DNA of 64,000 nt from Octopus sinensis (GCF_006345805.1 NC_043000.1:68820001-68884000), one strand, 5' to 3'. Positions 39,168 to 50,517 are shown, counted from the stretch's first letter. Notes: a model not told the origin generated them from the sequence alone. Numbers and translations are program-made.

Positions 39168-39390
39168 AATAATAATGGCTTCAAATTTTGCCACAAGGCC
39201 AGAAACTTCAGGGAAGAGGTTAAGTCAATTAGATTGACCCCAATGCTCAACTGGTACTTATTTTATTGACACTGAGATGATGGAAAGCAAAGTCAACTGT
39301 GGCAAAGTTTGAACTCAGAATATAGAGATGGACAAAATGCTGGTAAGCATCTGGGTTGGCATGCTAACCATTCTCCTAACTTGCTATATT
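39168..39390 (-). mobile_element. CpG-decayed tRNA-derived SINE
   Basis: Reverse complement of the 44674 family (ggtacttattttattgac...aaagtcaac...tttgaactcagaa). Confidence 0.75.
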
Positions 39391-39429
39391 AAGCTGAATA
39401 ATAATAATTATTATCTATAGATACATTTT

Positions 39430-39580
39430 AACGGCAGTGTGGCTAAATTCACTTCACACCCTATGGTTCCAAATTCAGTCCCACTACATGGAATGCTGGG
39501 TAAGTGTCTTTAGTAGACGATAACCTCGAGTTAACCAATGCCTTGTGAGTAGAATTTGGTTGGCATCAGTTGGTTGTATG
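39430..39580 (+). mobile_element. Decayed 5' half of CORE-type SINE
   Basis: atggttcc..ttcagtcccact..tggga..gggtaagtgtctt...gccttgtgagt.gatttgg matches the reverse complement of 56130-56240. Confidence 0.65.
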
Positions 39581-40329
39581 TGTATGCATATAAGGGGCAA
39601 GCAAGTTCTGTTGAATGAACAGTGCAAATGTGCATGAATGATTGACCCCTCTGTGTTTAGCCCCTTGTAGGTAGTAAAGAAATAGATAGTACAAATGTTC
39701 TGAGAGAGAAAATGGTCATAAGAGGGATCAGATATAATATGCAAGAAAAAAATGCTGTGCTCGTATGGGACATGTATATGGATGGATAAAGAAGCACTGA
39801 TCACTTAAATGTGGAAGAAAACGAGATAAAGTGGTGAATGCTGATATCAGGACCTTGAATATCCCAGAGATGACAAAGGACCAGGATGGTGGGCAATAAG
39901 TACTTCTCAAGAAGACCTTTCCACCTTGTCAAAAATGATTCGAAAAGCACTGCATGTATATTATATGCATAACTGAGCCATTTGTGTAGTTTTTTCTCAA
40001 GACAACAACCACCACCATCATTTTTGCTTCTCTTTTTTCCATGCTGACATTGGTTGAATGAGATTTTTTGATTTATTCAATCAGAAGCCCTTGCTTGAAC
40101 CATCACTTACAAGTTTCCAAGTAGAATACTTTATTCCATTGGCTTTCATGTGCTGCAAGAATAAACTGAATGTTACCTCTGCCTCAAAATGTAGAGGACT
40201 AGCAAAAATTCTGACACAGACACACACCTGCTATCAAAGGTACTCAGCATTGTCCACGTGTTGACTATGTCAAAACATTACTTTGATAAGCTAAACTAAC
40301 TTATAGCAAGTTTTTATGTAGTGTGTTTT

Positions 40330-40790
40330 GTATGTGATGATGTAATATTTGCATATATTTTTACTGGCTGATGCAAGTGTCATGTAACTGGCACATAAAA
40401 AGCGCCTTTCAAACATTAGGTGATATGTAATCATGGCCAATGCCAGTGTCACATAACTGGCACTTGTGCCAGTTGTACATAAAAGCACCCTTCAAACTTT
40501 GGGCCTCACGGCAGTGACAAGTGCCCAAAACCTTTGGCAATATACCACGCTTGAGAAGATCTGACAAGCCAAGTGAGATTGTAGTCATGGCCAATGCTGG
40601 TGTTTCATAACTGGCACATAAAAAGCACCCACTACACTCTTAGAGAGGCTGACATAAGGAAGAACATCCAGCTGCAGAAGCCATGCCAAATCAGATTGGA
40701 ACCAGGTATAGTTTACCAGTTTTCAGTTAAACCGTCCAACCTATACCAGCATGGAAAACAGACATTAGAGGATGATGGTGATGTAATGCA
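40330..40790 (+). mobile_element. Decayed RTE 3' UTR/tail with internal tandem TGGCACATAAAA motifs
   Basis: tggcacataaaaagcacccactacactc...aaaccgtccaacc..ccagcatggaaaacagacatta..gatgatg matches 7738-7915. Confidence 0.75.
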
Positions 40791-43700
40791 AATGCATGTG
40801 TAGCTTTTAAGATTATTTGTTGATAATTTTAATTTTGTGACTTATGAAAATACTATCCTTGTTTTACATTATAAATTTTCTTGTAATTCTAAATTGATAT
40901 ATAACACTTAAAACAATCAACCCTAACACTCCTTGTTCTCTTGTATGATACTCTGATGAAAAGATGTGAGCTTGGTTAATATGCATCAATTGAACTCCAG
41001 TAATCCTGAAGGACTATGCCTATAACTTATTGATGGTCATAGAAAAAGACAATGTCACTGGAAACTGAAAATACCTGAAATGAAATAACATAGGAGATGA
41101 TGGGAATGTATGGAATGAAAACATCTTAGTACAACTCATGTTAATGGTGGCTTCAGTTAGATGGACATAAGGGTTTCACTGCTAGTCTTTAGTGTTTTTA
41201 TATTTTGGAGCATTATAGCAGGTGTTCCTATATTGTGAAGGATACTAGTGGATAGAAGAGAACTGAGAATTTCTTTTGGATAGTTAACGACATTGGTAAT
41301 ACCAATCACAGTGTGAACTGACGTATCATCTAGATTGGGCTGGTTCCTGCTGAATGATGGTGGTATTAATATTACAGGCCTTGTGCCTTTAGTAGAAAGT
41401 CTTAATATCATACACAATGTAATTTGCTGGAGCCATGATAGAATTCAGAAAATCACTCGTTTCTATCATTGTGACAAAGGCAAGGATAAACTGCCGGTAG
41501 CATTTCTTGTGAAATGTTGATAATTTTCCACTTTTTTCTTTTTTGTACTTTGACATCATTTTTGGTGTCAATTGGTAGGTAACCATTGCTTCTAGATAAA
41601 GTAAAACTTATTGCAAACTGGGCTACTGAGACATTTCTATGAAATGCAACTCTCATGTTGGTAAAAAGATGGAAGTCTGTTGCTCCTGTTTACAGATACA
41701 GCCTTTCTGTAAGGCATGCTCTGAGCTCTTCAATGTATATGTATTTTGGGATGACTGATGGAGTTTGCTTCAGATCACCAGAGACAAAGTCATTGACTCT
41801 ATTTGTTATGTTGGTGCTACCTCTGAGATCTTGTGAAGTACAATAAAAAACCTCAAATGCTAGTCTGTGAGAAATTGTGTTCATCATACATTTTCAACTT
41901 AACTTGCTTCATAACCTCTGCTTGTCCACATCAAGTTGATAACATCTTAAAAGTAGAATGAGAAGTTCTTGCTACCTAAGTGTAAAGTTACATCGATTGC
42001 AGAAAAGGCCACTGCATTAGCAGTTTGCTTGAGTGGAGGAATTGTTTGCTAAAATTAGTTCTTCTGGAATCATAAATAGCCAGCTGTGCCTCGAGCCTTG
42101 TATAAGCTTTTTTTTTTTTTAACTGGAACAACGAGTAATTCATTTTGATGTACATATTGTTCCAATTGTTGAATGTCATAACTGATGGCCTAAAAAATAT
42201 TTTGACTTTGTACCGAAACTAGCAGTCTTGACTACAATTTGTTCTAGAACTGGCAGTCCACACCATTCAAGAATCTTGTCAACCATGGGCTGATACTATT
42301 TCCAATGATGATCAGTGCGTGTTTGAACTTGACTGAAGTAGAACTTTAGGTGTGGGACTTTATACTATAGTTGTGCTATAGTCATGATCATATAGCCCAA
42401 GATCCGTCATGTTTGAGTAGACCTGTGAACTGCAGCATTTTAGCCATGTTGTTTCTTTACTTACATCCTCTTTCTAGACAGTATGGTGTAACTTAAGAGA
42501 GATTTAGAAATTTTCAGTAGGTCGAGCAGTCATGCAAAGGTCTCTTTGCAGGTTGTTCTAAAAAATCATCTTTTTGACTGGGATTTAAATGAATTGCAAT
42601 GTTGATGACAGGTAAGGAACGAAATTCACTTGTCATGAATAACAGCATGGGCATTTTTGATTAAGGTACAACTGGCATTAAAGAATAACTGAGGTTCATT
42701 AAAACTAAATAACTTACGATGGTTAGTAATAGACTTCTTGCAAGTTTAAAGTGTCCTGATTTACATTAATGTATGATATAATGTTATTAACTTTGAATTA
42801 ATATCATGCCGGTAGTCTTCTGTGTTTTAGTGGAGAAAAAACCACCGTAGCACTTACAATTTTGTTAGTAAGAGCTACAGTAACTTCAACTGTGAAAATA
42901 TTTCACTTAAATATTTTCTCTGAATAAATAGAATTTTGTCTTGAGTTGATTCAAAAAAAAAAAAAAAAGTTCTACTTCAAGGTCCTTCTTATACCTTTCT
43001 ATTGAATTGATTCTTACCAACACAGAGCAATACTAGTCTGACTATGTAACGATTATCTTTCTAGTCAAACCTATTTTACTTTTGAACAAAGGACATACAT
43101 TTTTCTGCTTTGAATTGCATACTATATAAATTGTAGGGTGTATCTTCTTATTTTTATAGCATTTTTGCTACATTGTCCACTTCGTTTTTAAACACTTAAA
43201 ATAGTTTTAATCAGCATGTCTTTAGAGTAAGTTTGCAAAAGCAACAACTTTATAGGCGTCAAGAAATACTGCCTAAACTTTATTGCACAAAATACCTTGT
43301 GAATAAATAACAAAACCAACAGTAAAAATTACATGGGAGGTGCTTTGGCAAAATTACATGTAATATTTAGTCATTCTTCATTTTTTTAAATTTTGATTCC
43401 AGTGTAGGTCATCTTTCACTTCTGGCCTGGGATTGATATGTTGCGTACTGGTAACGTGCTTGGACCAATATAATCGTCAACCTCTTCTGCAACATTTTGA
43501 GTCCTTGTGTCTATACAAGAAATCAACATTTTACATCTACACAAGTGTGTGGTTTAACTGCTGGGAACCGACTTTGTATTTTTTATCCCCTGAAGTCAAT
43601 GAAATAAGGACTTGTAATATCCTTCCTTGACGGAGCCGTAGGGGCGACGTCGTGATATACAGCGTTTCTTAGGTATTTTGTATGTGATGGAGCCTTTCCC

Positions 43701-44099
43701 TGTTCAAGTCGGAGCACAACTTTGACCTTTTCTGTTTGGCTGTACCTGTGGATATTTCAAAGTTTAGTGAAAATTTTTAAATTTGGTATATTGATGTAAT
43801 TTTCCACATTGAATCTCAGGGGATATTTAACTTTTTCCAGAAAAAAAAAGTGTTTAAAATTACAGAGGTTTATCAGTTTTATCATTTTTACCTTGTCAGA
43901 AAACAGGATTTGGAAGCTGTGATTTTGTTTGTGACAGCACATGTTGTCAACTGTAAACAAAAGAAATATTGGCTGAATTTTCTTTATGCACGCCATATAG
44001 CCTCTCATAAATTTTATATTTTTGGTATTTTCAGAAAGTTTTTGCAAATTTATATTCTACACACGAGAATTCATACAATTTTGTAAAAACCAAAAAGAA

Positions 44100-45407
44100 A
44101 AGGAAATTTGGAGCGTGATTTAAGGCTTTTCACAAATTTTATTTTATCACCTTCAAAATACTCCCCTTGGGAGTTTGCACACTTCTCCAAGCAGTTCTGC
44201 CATTGCTGGTAACACCTTTGGAACGCCTTCTCTGGAATGAAATGGAGCTCCGTCGTTTTTCTCATAATTTCCTCTCGCAACTCAAATCGATCCACTTTCA
44301 ACGTGGTTTTCCGTTTGGAGAAGAACCAGGAGTCACATGGTGCCAAGTTGGGAGAGTAGGGAACCTGTCGAACAAGTGGTGTGTTGTTCTTGACTAAGGA
44401 AGCTTGGATTATGTGGACGGAATGAGCGAGTGTATTGTCGCGATGAAGCTGCCAATACTTCGCTACCCACATGTTCGGCCACCTTCAACGCACAGCATCA
44501 CGAAAGCGACGTATAACCACCATGTAGTATTCGTTTTGGATTGTTTGGCGTTGTGATGCGTATTCATGATGCACAATACTACCGGAGCCAAAGAAACAAG
44601 TCCATAATACCTTCACATAGCTGAGAATCTGTTGTGCTTCTTTGGAGCCTTGATGACGACAGATGCTTCCATTGGCGGCGAGCTGGCAGAAACGTTAGCA
44701 CGCCGGGCGAAATGCTTAGCGGTATTTCGTCTGCCGTTACGTTCTGAGTTCAAATTCCGCCGAGGTTGACTTTGCCTTTCATCCTTTCGGGGTCGATAAA
44801 TTAAGTACCAGTAACGCACTGGGGTCGATGTAATCGACTTAATCCGTTTGTCTGTCCTTGTTTGTCCTCTCTGTGTTTAGCCCCTTGTGGGTAGTAAAGA
44901 AATAGGTATTTCGTCCGCCGCTACGTTCTGAGTTCAAATTCCGCCGAGATCGACTTTGCTTTCATCATTTCGGGGTCGATAAATTAAGTACCAGTTACAC
45001 ACTGGAGTCGATGTAATCGACTTAATCTCCTTGTCTGTCCTTGTTTGTCTCCTCTATTTTTATCCCCTTGTAGGCAATAAAGAAATACGATGCTTCCATT
45101 GGGATCATCGCCAAAAGCCTGCGCAATCTTCAGAATGGTTTGAGCTTGAGTATCACCAAGCTTTTGGCAAAACTTGATGCCATATCTCTGCTCGATACGT
45201 TTGGTCATCTGGCGTGTAAGCAAAAGTCTGACGAGTGCACATCTGCACCCTAGGCTTAACAGCCGGGAATTCACACTTCTTACCGGCGCGAAAAATTTCC
45301 CACATGTGCAGCAATGGAGGCATCACTTCCACCCAAGCTATTTTGCCCGCACGGCATTAATTTCGGCGGGAAAAATTAAGTCGAATATTTTTTTAACGCA
45401 CCTCATA
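44100..45407 (-). mobile_element. Internally deleted mariner transposon (pseudogene) with SINE insertion
   Basis: N-terminus MTKRIEQRYGIKFCQKLGDTQAQTILKIAQAFGDD (about 45105-45210). Catalytic region VHHEY..., WQLHRDNTLAHS, PYSPNLAPCDSWFF and GEYFEGD (44140-44670). 5' TIR-like TA-TGAGGTGCGTT at about 45395-45407. 3' TIR not found. Confidence 0.85.
44674..45087 (+). mobile_element. Tandem dimer of tRNA-derived SINE with 12-14 bp target-site duplication
   Basis: Full unit 44674-44905 (GGCGGCGAGCTGGCAGAAACGTTAGCACGCCGGGCG head, GAGTTCAAATTCC B-box) plus a head-truncated unit to 45087. TSD GATGCTTCCATT(GG) at 44662-44673/75 and 45089-45100/02. Confidence 0.92.
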
Positions 45408-46278
45408 TATATATATATATGTTAAAGTAACACAGTTAAATGTCTGGTCATAGATTGACCGATGAGTGGACGACTCATTAGACTGTTGTTACGGTCAATG
45501 ATTAAAAGATCATCGGAGAATTTAAAATGTCCGGCGACAGTGAGGATAGGCTATCCTCCTCTGGACCAGCGATTTGGGGAATAAGGGATCTATCCTTTCT
45601 AATGAATCGTAAGGACTCTTCCAAGCTTAGTCAGTAAAAGAGGAAGCTCGTGTTTGCAGAAGGTAGCGCTTGAAATGGATGCATGGTTTCATGGCGAGCT
45701 TTCAGTGACCCAAGTCTTATGGAGTCTTTAAGTATTCTAATTCACTCAGCTATGCGGGCTTGCAGTGTCCGCTTTCGTTGATGTAGGGGCTTGGCCATTC
45801 TCAGATTTTCACTTGATATCATTGGCCAGGGATATGACGAATCGTCTTTCTGGTTCCACGAGCGTCGCTTGAAAGCCGTACCGGCTGATCTGATGTATCC
45901 ACACGTTTAGGTTTTGGCTGTGTTCACATTACTGGTGCAACTCCGGGCTTGGGGATGTTGCTTTTGCTACCCGTGTTGTTGGGGCTTCCGTCGGTGCCTA
46001 TTATCATTATGACGCGCGGATTCGTGGCTGCTATCGCCATGATTGTTATTGTTGTCATCCCTTGCCGTAGGGTTGGTTCTATTGCCACCGGTGATGATGT
46101 GGGTGCCGTTGATGGTAATGTTGGGTGTGATGCTGGTAGCTTCACTGATGCTGCTGGTGTCGGCATGGTCATCTTCTTCGGCTGTATCGTTGGTACTGGA
46201 GTCATTGGCGTCAGTGCTGCTGTTTCTGCTGTTGCAGCTGCCTCTGATGCCGTCGATGCGCATATATGCATGTACATG

Positions 46279-46315
<37 letters not shown>

Positions 46316-46318
<3 letters not shown>

Positions 46319-46483
46319 CAATAATATGTTACATTACTCGGTAGTCAAGATAAAACTCTGAGTTTCAGATGCCGAAGTGGAAATCCACAACACCATCTCT
46401 TCGGTTATCTGGCTATTTCCACTTCGGCATCTGAAACTCAGAGTTTTATCTTGACTACCGAGTAATGTAACATATTATTGTAT
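46316..46483. repeat. Perfect 69-bp inverted repeat with 30-nt loop (foldback)
   Basis: Arm 46316-46384 is the exact reverse complement of 46415-46483. Confidence 0.95.
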
Positions 46484-46550
46484 AGATAAATTTCCTCTAT
46501 TTACATAATATATATAAACACATGCATACACACACATATATATATATACA

Positions 46551-46602
<52 letters not shown>

Positions 46603-46641
46603 CATCTATATACATGCATGTATAAAAATGTATATATATAT

Positions 46642-46685
<44 letters not shown>

Positions 46686-46804
46686 ATAAGTAGTTGAATG
46701 AATTATCTTATTAAGGATAATTCGAATTTCGTGTGGAAATTTGTATGTTTATTTTAAAAATATAAATATATGAAATAATGGAGCTGAACGACGAATTAAC
46801 AAAA

Positions 46805-46903
46805 TTCCTTTATTTTCGACATATGTTTCGAAGGCTGCATATTCCTAATTGCGAAGGAATAAGGAGTACATTATGCCGCTTTCTCATCAGGAAAAGCAAG
46901 GAA
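46805..46903 (-). ncRNA. Type I hammerhead ribozyme, canonical core, extended branched stem II (Penelope 3' pLTR)
   Basis: Minus strand: TTCCTTGCTTTTC-CTGATGA-GAAAGCGGCATA...TATGCAGCCTTC-GAAAC-ATAT-GTC-GAAAATAAAGGAA. Stem I pairs 11/13 and stem II 10/12, with an internal TTCCT/AGGAA hairpin. Stem III is the palindrome ACATATGT, and cleavage is after C46818. Confidence 0.85.
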
Positions 46904-47188
46904 CTTATGTCAACATCAAAATGCACAAAAAACTTATAGATGATTGCTCACACGGAGCCCATAGTGATAATGAGTGTCTCTTTAAAATATTCCTTTATAA
47001 GGAGTGACGTCAAAGTAGTTGAATGTAGAAGAATCTAGAAGGTTCTAAAGGTTCAAGGGTTCAAACGAAGTTGGAGGAGAGAGGCATAAGAATAGGAAGG
47101 TGAAAGGGTGCAGGTCATATGAATGGTGGATTTTGTTAATTTCTATTGTGAATGAGTGCCTGTGTGTGTGACTGCATATAACTGCATT

Positions 47189-47189
47189 A

Positions 47190-47250
<61 letters not shown>
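47189..47250. repeat. (TG)n microsatellite
   Basis: Direct reading. Confidence 0.95.
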
Positions 47251-47252
<2 letters not shown>

Positions 47253-47525
47253 CGTGATTGTGTATGTGGATTGGTAGATGTCAGAAAACAGACAGTGGTG
47301 AGGTGAGAGGTTTGTGTCTGTGTGTTTGATTGTGCTTACTATAGAAAGAGGGAAATAGAGAGAGAAAGAGGAGGGCGAGGTAGAGGGACTAAGGCAACAC
47401 ATACCTCACTGGATTGTGTAGTAGTTCTTTGAAATTATAAAAAAAATTTTTATGACTATGGGGCTGACATATATAAAAAAAGAAGTTATATTAATTAAAA
47501 TTCAAGGGGTTATCTATATTAATCA

Positions 47526-48232
47526 TTATTCATATGAATGAAAGGTGTGTTTTTGCCAGTGCATGCACCTGTAGGACCTCTCGACGATTGTATTTATTAA
47601 AGGGACTTTGGCGAACAAAATATGAAAAAGTTCGAAATTACAGATGCCACAAAGTTTTCTGCCCTTATCAAACGGAAAAGACACCGACAATATGGACCAT
47701 TCCAGCTTGAAAGTTGTGTTGCTGTCCTTCAGACGCCAAACTAATTTACTTAGTCCCGTGCTGTGTTGTTTTCTCTTATCTCGGAAAGTTGAATAATGAT
47801 TGGAGATCCTTTGAGCTAATTTAGAAAAAGTTGCTCCAATGTAGAAGAAGACATCGGTTCCAGAAGAAATTTTGCACTGGTAAATGGTGTTTCTAATTTT
47901 GGAATTTTTGGATAAGAACTTTAATCTGTTGGGGTTAACTTCCGATACTAAGACAGAGTTTTTATTGTTATGATAGGTGTAAATATTGTTGCTAGCATTG
48001 GCCACAATACTATTCATCTTATTATCATTATTATTAATTGTAATATCGTCGGCAATTTCTCTGACTATAGGAATGCTGTGATTGTTATCATCAGTAATAC
48101 AACTGTTATTAGAAATGCTGTTACTACTACCACTAACACCACCACTGTTAATAATCCGGCTAATGTTATTATCATTATTACTATTGTTAACGCCAATGCT
48201 GCTATGAATGTTGCTAATATCAATACTATTTC

Positions 48233-48272
<40 letters not shown>

Positions 48273-48334
48273 GTATGTTAGGTTGGAATTGGTAAGGACA
48301 GTGTCGCTACTCAATAAGGACTCATCACCCAGGA

Positions 48335-48337
<3 letters not shown>
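47526..48337 (-). mobile_element. Penelope-like element 3' fragment: open frame encoding Asn-rich linker plus GIY-YIG endonuclease
   Basis: RNTIYQCKI...FFYIGAT...LAQRISNHYSTF...STGLSKLVWRLK...LEWSIL...CGICNFELFHI...LIN....SYRCMH matches the C-terminal PLE endonuclease (IY..YIG, R, H, E, N; CxxC). The stop is at 47526, no RT lies upstream, and a hammerhead sits ~620 bp downstream on the same strand. Confidence 0.85.
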
Positions 48338-48385
<48 letters not shown>

Positions 48386-48450
48386 AGGATAAATATATTA
48401 AAAGGGATCCGTAGGAAAACTCATTTGAATAAAAGAGTTGAGAACCACTG

Positions 48451-50513
48451 GAATAGACCATCATATGTTGATATGAGGATGATAGAAAAAATCGAACACC
48501 TTCCATTTATAGAGGAGATGGCATTTGAATCAACTCAAAATTACATATATTTAGCTGCGAATAAGCTGAATAACAGTAAGTCTCCAGGGCTGGATGAAAT
48601 CTGTGCAGAGGTCTTGATATATGGAGTGGGGGGTGACAAAATGTTTGAATTCTTAAATGTATTAATTTGTCACTGCTGGAGAACTGAAGAAGTGCATCAA
48701 GACTAGACTGATGCCATTTTAGTCTCCTTGTATAAATCAGTGTCAAAGGATCTGTATGGTAATTTTCGTGGGATTTATCTGTACCTGGAAAGGTACTTAC
48801 CCACATTCTATTAGAACGCTTAAATACCTTCATAGCCCCAAATATGGTGTCTGAGTCTCAATGTCTTTTTCGCTCCTCCAGAGGCACAGTTGATTGTATC
48901 TTTACTATCAGACAATTTCAGGAAAAGTGTATTGAACAGAATCTTGCCCTATACCATAGCTTTGTTGATTTAAGCAAGGCATTCGATACTGTTAATCGAA
49001 ATGCTCTGTGACTAATTCTATGGAACATAAGTTGCCCAGAAAAAATTGTTAACATGATCAGAGCTTGGCATCAAGATATGAAGGCTAGAGTTAATTTTGG
49101 TGGTAGGCTTTCTGAATCTTTTGCCGGGGAAGATGGAGTAAAGCAAGGAGACTTTCATGCACTCACCCTCTTTGCAATACATTTTGCTATTGTACTGTCA
49201 CGTGCTTCTCAAAACTCCGAGGAGGGTATTTACATAAAATATCGAACAACAGGGAATATTTTTAATCTGACCAGGTTGAAATTCAAAACAAAGGTTTTTA
49301 CTTCACTCATTAGGTAACATTTATATGCTTACGATTGCGATCTAGTCAGTTACTCTGAAACGAGCCTGCAATATCTTATATCTGCATTTCACTCAGCTTG
49401 TGATGATTTTGGCTTGACCATTAACTTGAAAGAAACAGTTGTAATGTATCAACCTGCACGTGGTGCTGTTTGCAATCCCCCTAAACATTTCGTTACTTGA
49501 GGTTGTTGACTCTTTCATCTACCTCGGAAGCTCTGTACAAAATGATGGAAATCTGGACACATCTGCGAATTCAAAGGGCAGCACAAACATTTGGTGGTTT
49601 GGAGTCATGCATTTGGCGCCAACGACATATAAATTAACAACACAATGATGGCTCTTTACAAATCGTTTGTCTAACCATTCCTGTTGTATTCTTCTGAAAT
49701 ATGGACGTGTTCTGAAAAACATTTCAAATTGTTAGAACGATTCCACCAAAAGTGCCCTCTCCGTATTTTAAACATTAAATGGGGCATTTTTTAAATTCCA
49801 GATACAGATGCCTTTGCGTCTGCAGGCATCACTTCAATTAAATCAATGATTCTAAAAAATCAAATGAGATGGTCTGGCCATATTGTTCGAATGGTGGATG
49901 AACGCACACACAAGCAAATGCTCTATGGCGCGCTTGCAGAGAGGAGACGCAATCGGTGTAGACCTAAAAAGAGGTTTAAGAATAGCATAAGGACTACCAT
50001 GAAGTCACTTGGAATGGACCCAAAAGCCATAGAAACCCTTGCTTCGGATCAAGTTGGATGGCGAACAAACAAAAGTAGGAGGCTAGGATGACACATGCAA
50101 GACTCAAGAGAGATTTAAAGAAGAATGCTGCGATCGAAAATGTGAATCTCAATGACCTTTTTGTGTGCACAGTTTGTGACAAACCATGCCTTTCTTTTGC
50201 TGGGCTCAAATTTCATTTGAGGACTCATGAAAAACGAACCTTCACCAACAGCTCTGCCTATATATCTGTGCACACCTTTTAGTACCGTGTATGCCATAAG
50301 GTCTGCAAATCTAACGGAGGCCTCAAAAGTCATTTTAAGATCCTCAAAGATCAGAACTGCAACTCTTGGTGGTCCAAATCAGATATGCAGTCTTTGTGGG
50401 TGTCTTTTCAATACATTGTCTGGTTTGAAAAGCCACATCAGTGGCCATGAGGGATCTATGGTATAAGTGTACGAGGTGGTCAGACTCTGCATAAGGAGTA
50501 GACAACCACCATA

Positions 50514-50517
<4 letters not shown>
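48451..50517 (+). mobile_element. RTE (BovB-like) LINE, 5'-truncated, disrupted RT ORF with C-terminal C2H2 fingers
   Basis: KSPGLDEICAE, SESQCxFRSSRGTVDCIFTIRQFQEKCIEQN, FVDLSKAFDTVNR, GVKQG, LYAYDCDL (YADD-like) and QMRWSGHIVRMVDER. Several stops and frameshifts. Confidence 0.92.

Noticed and set aside
44674-44770. tRNA gene
   Set aside because: An A/B-box head with no complete cloverleaf, continuous with a SINE core and present in many dispersed copies. It is a SINE head.
48338-48506. N-terminal ~55 aa of the 326-aa ORF 47526-48506
   Set aside because: A chance in-frame concatenation of antisense RTE sequence, a hAT MITE end and (TA)n. It is not part of the PLE protein.
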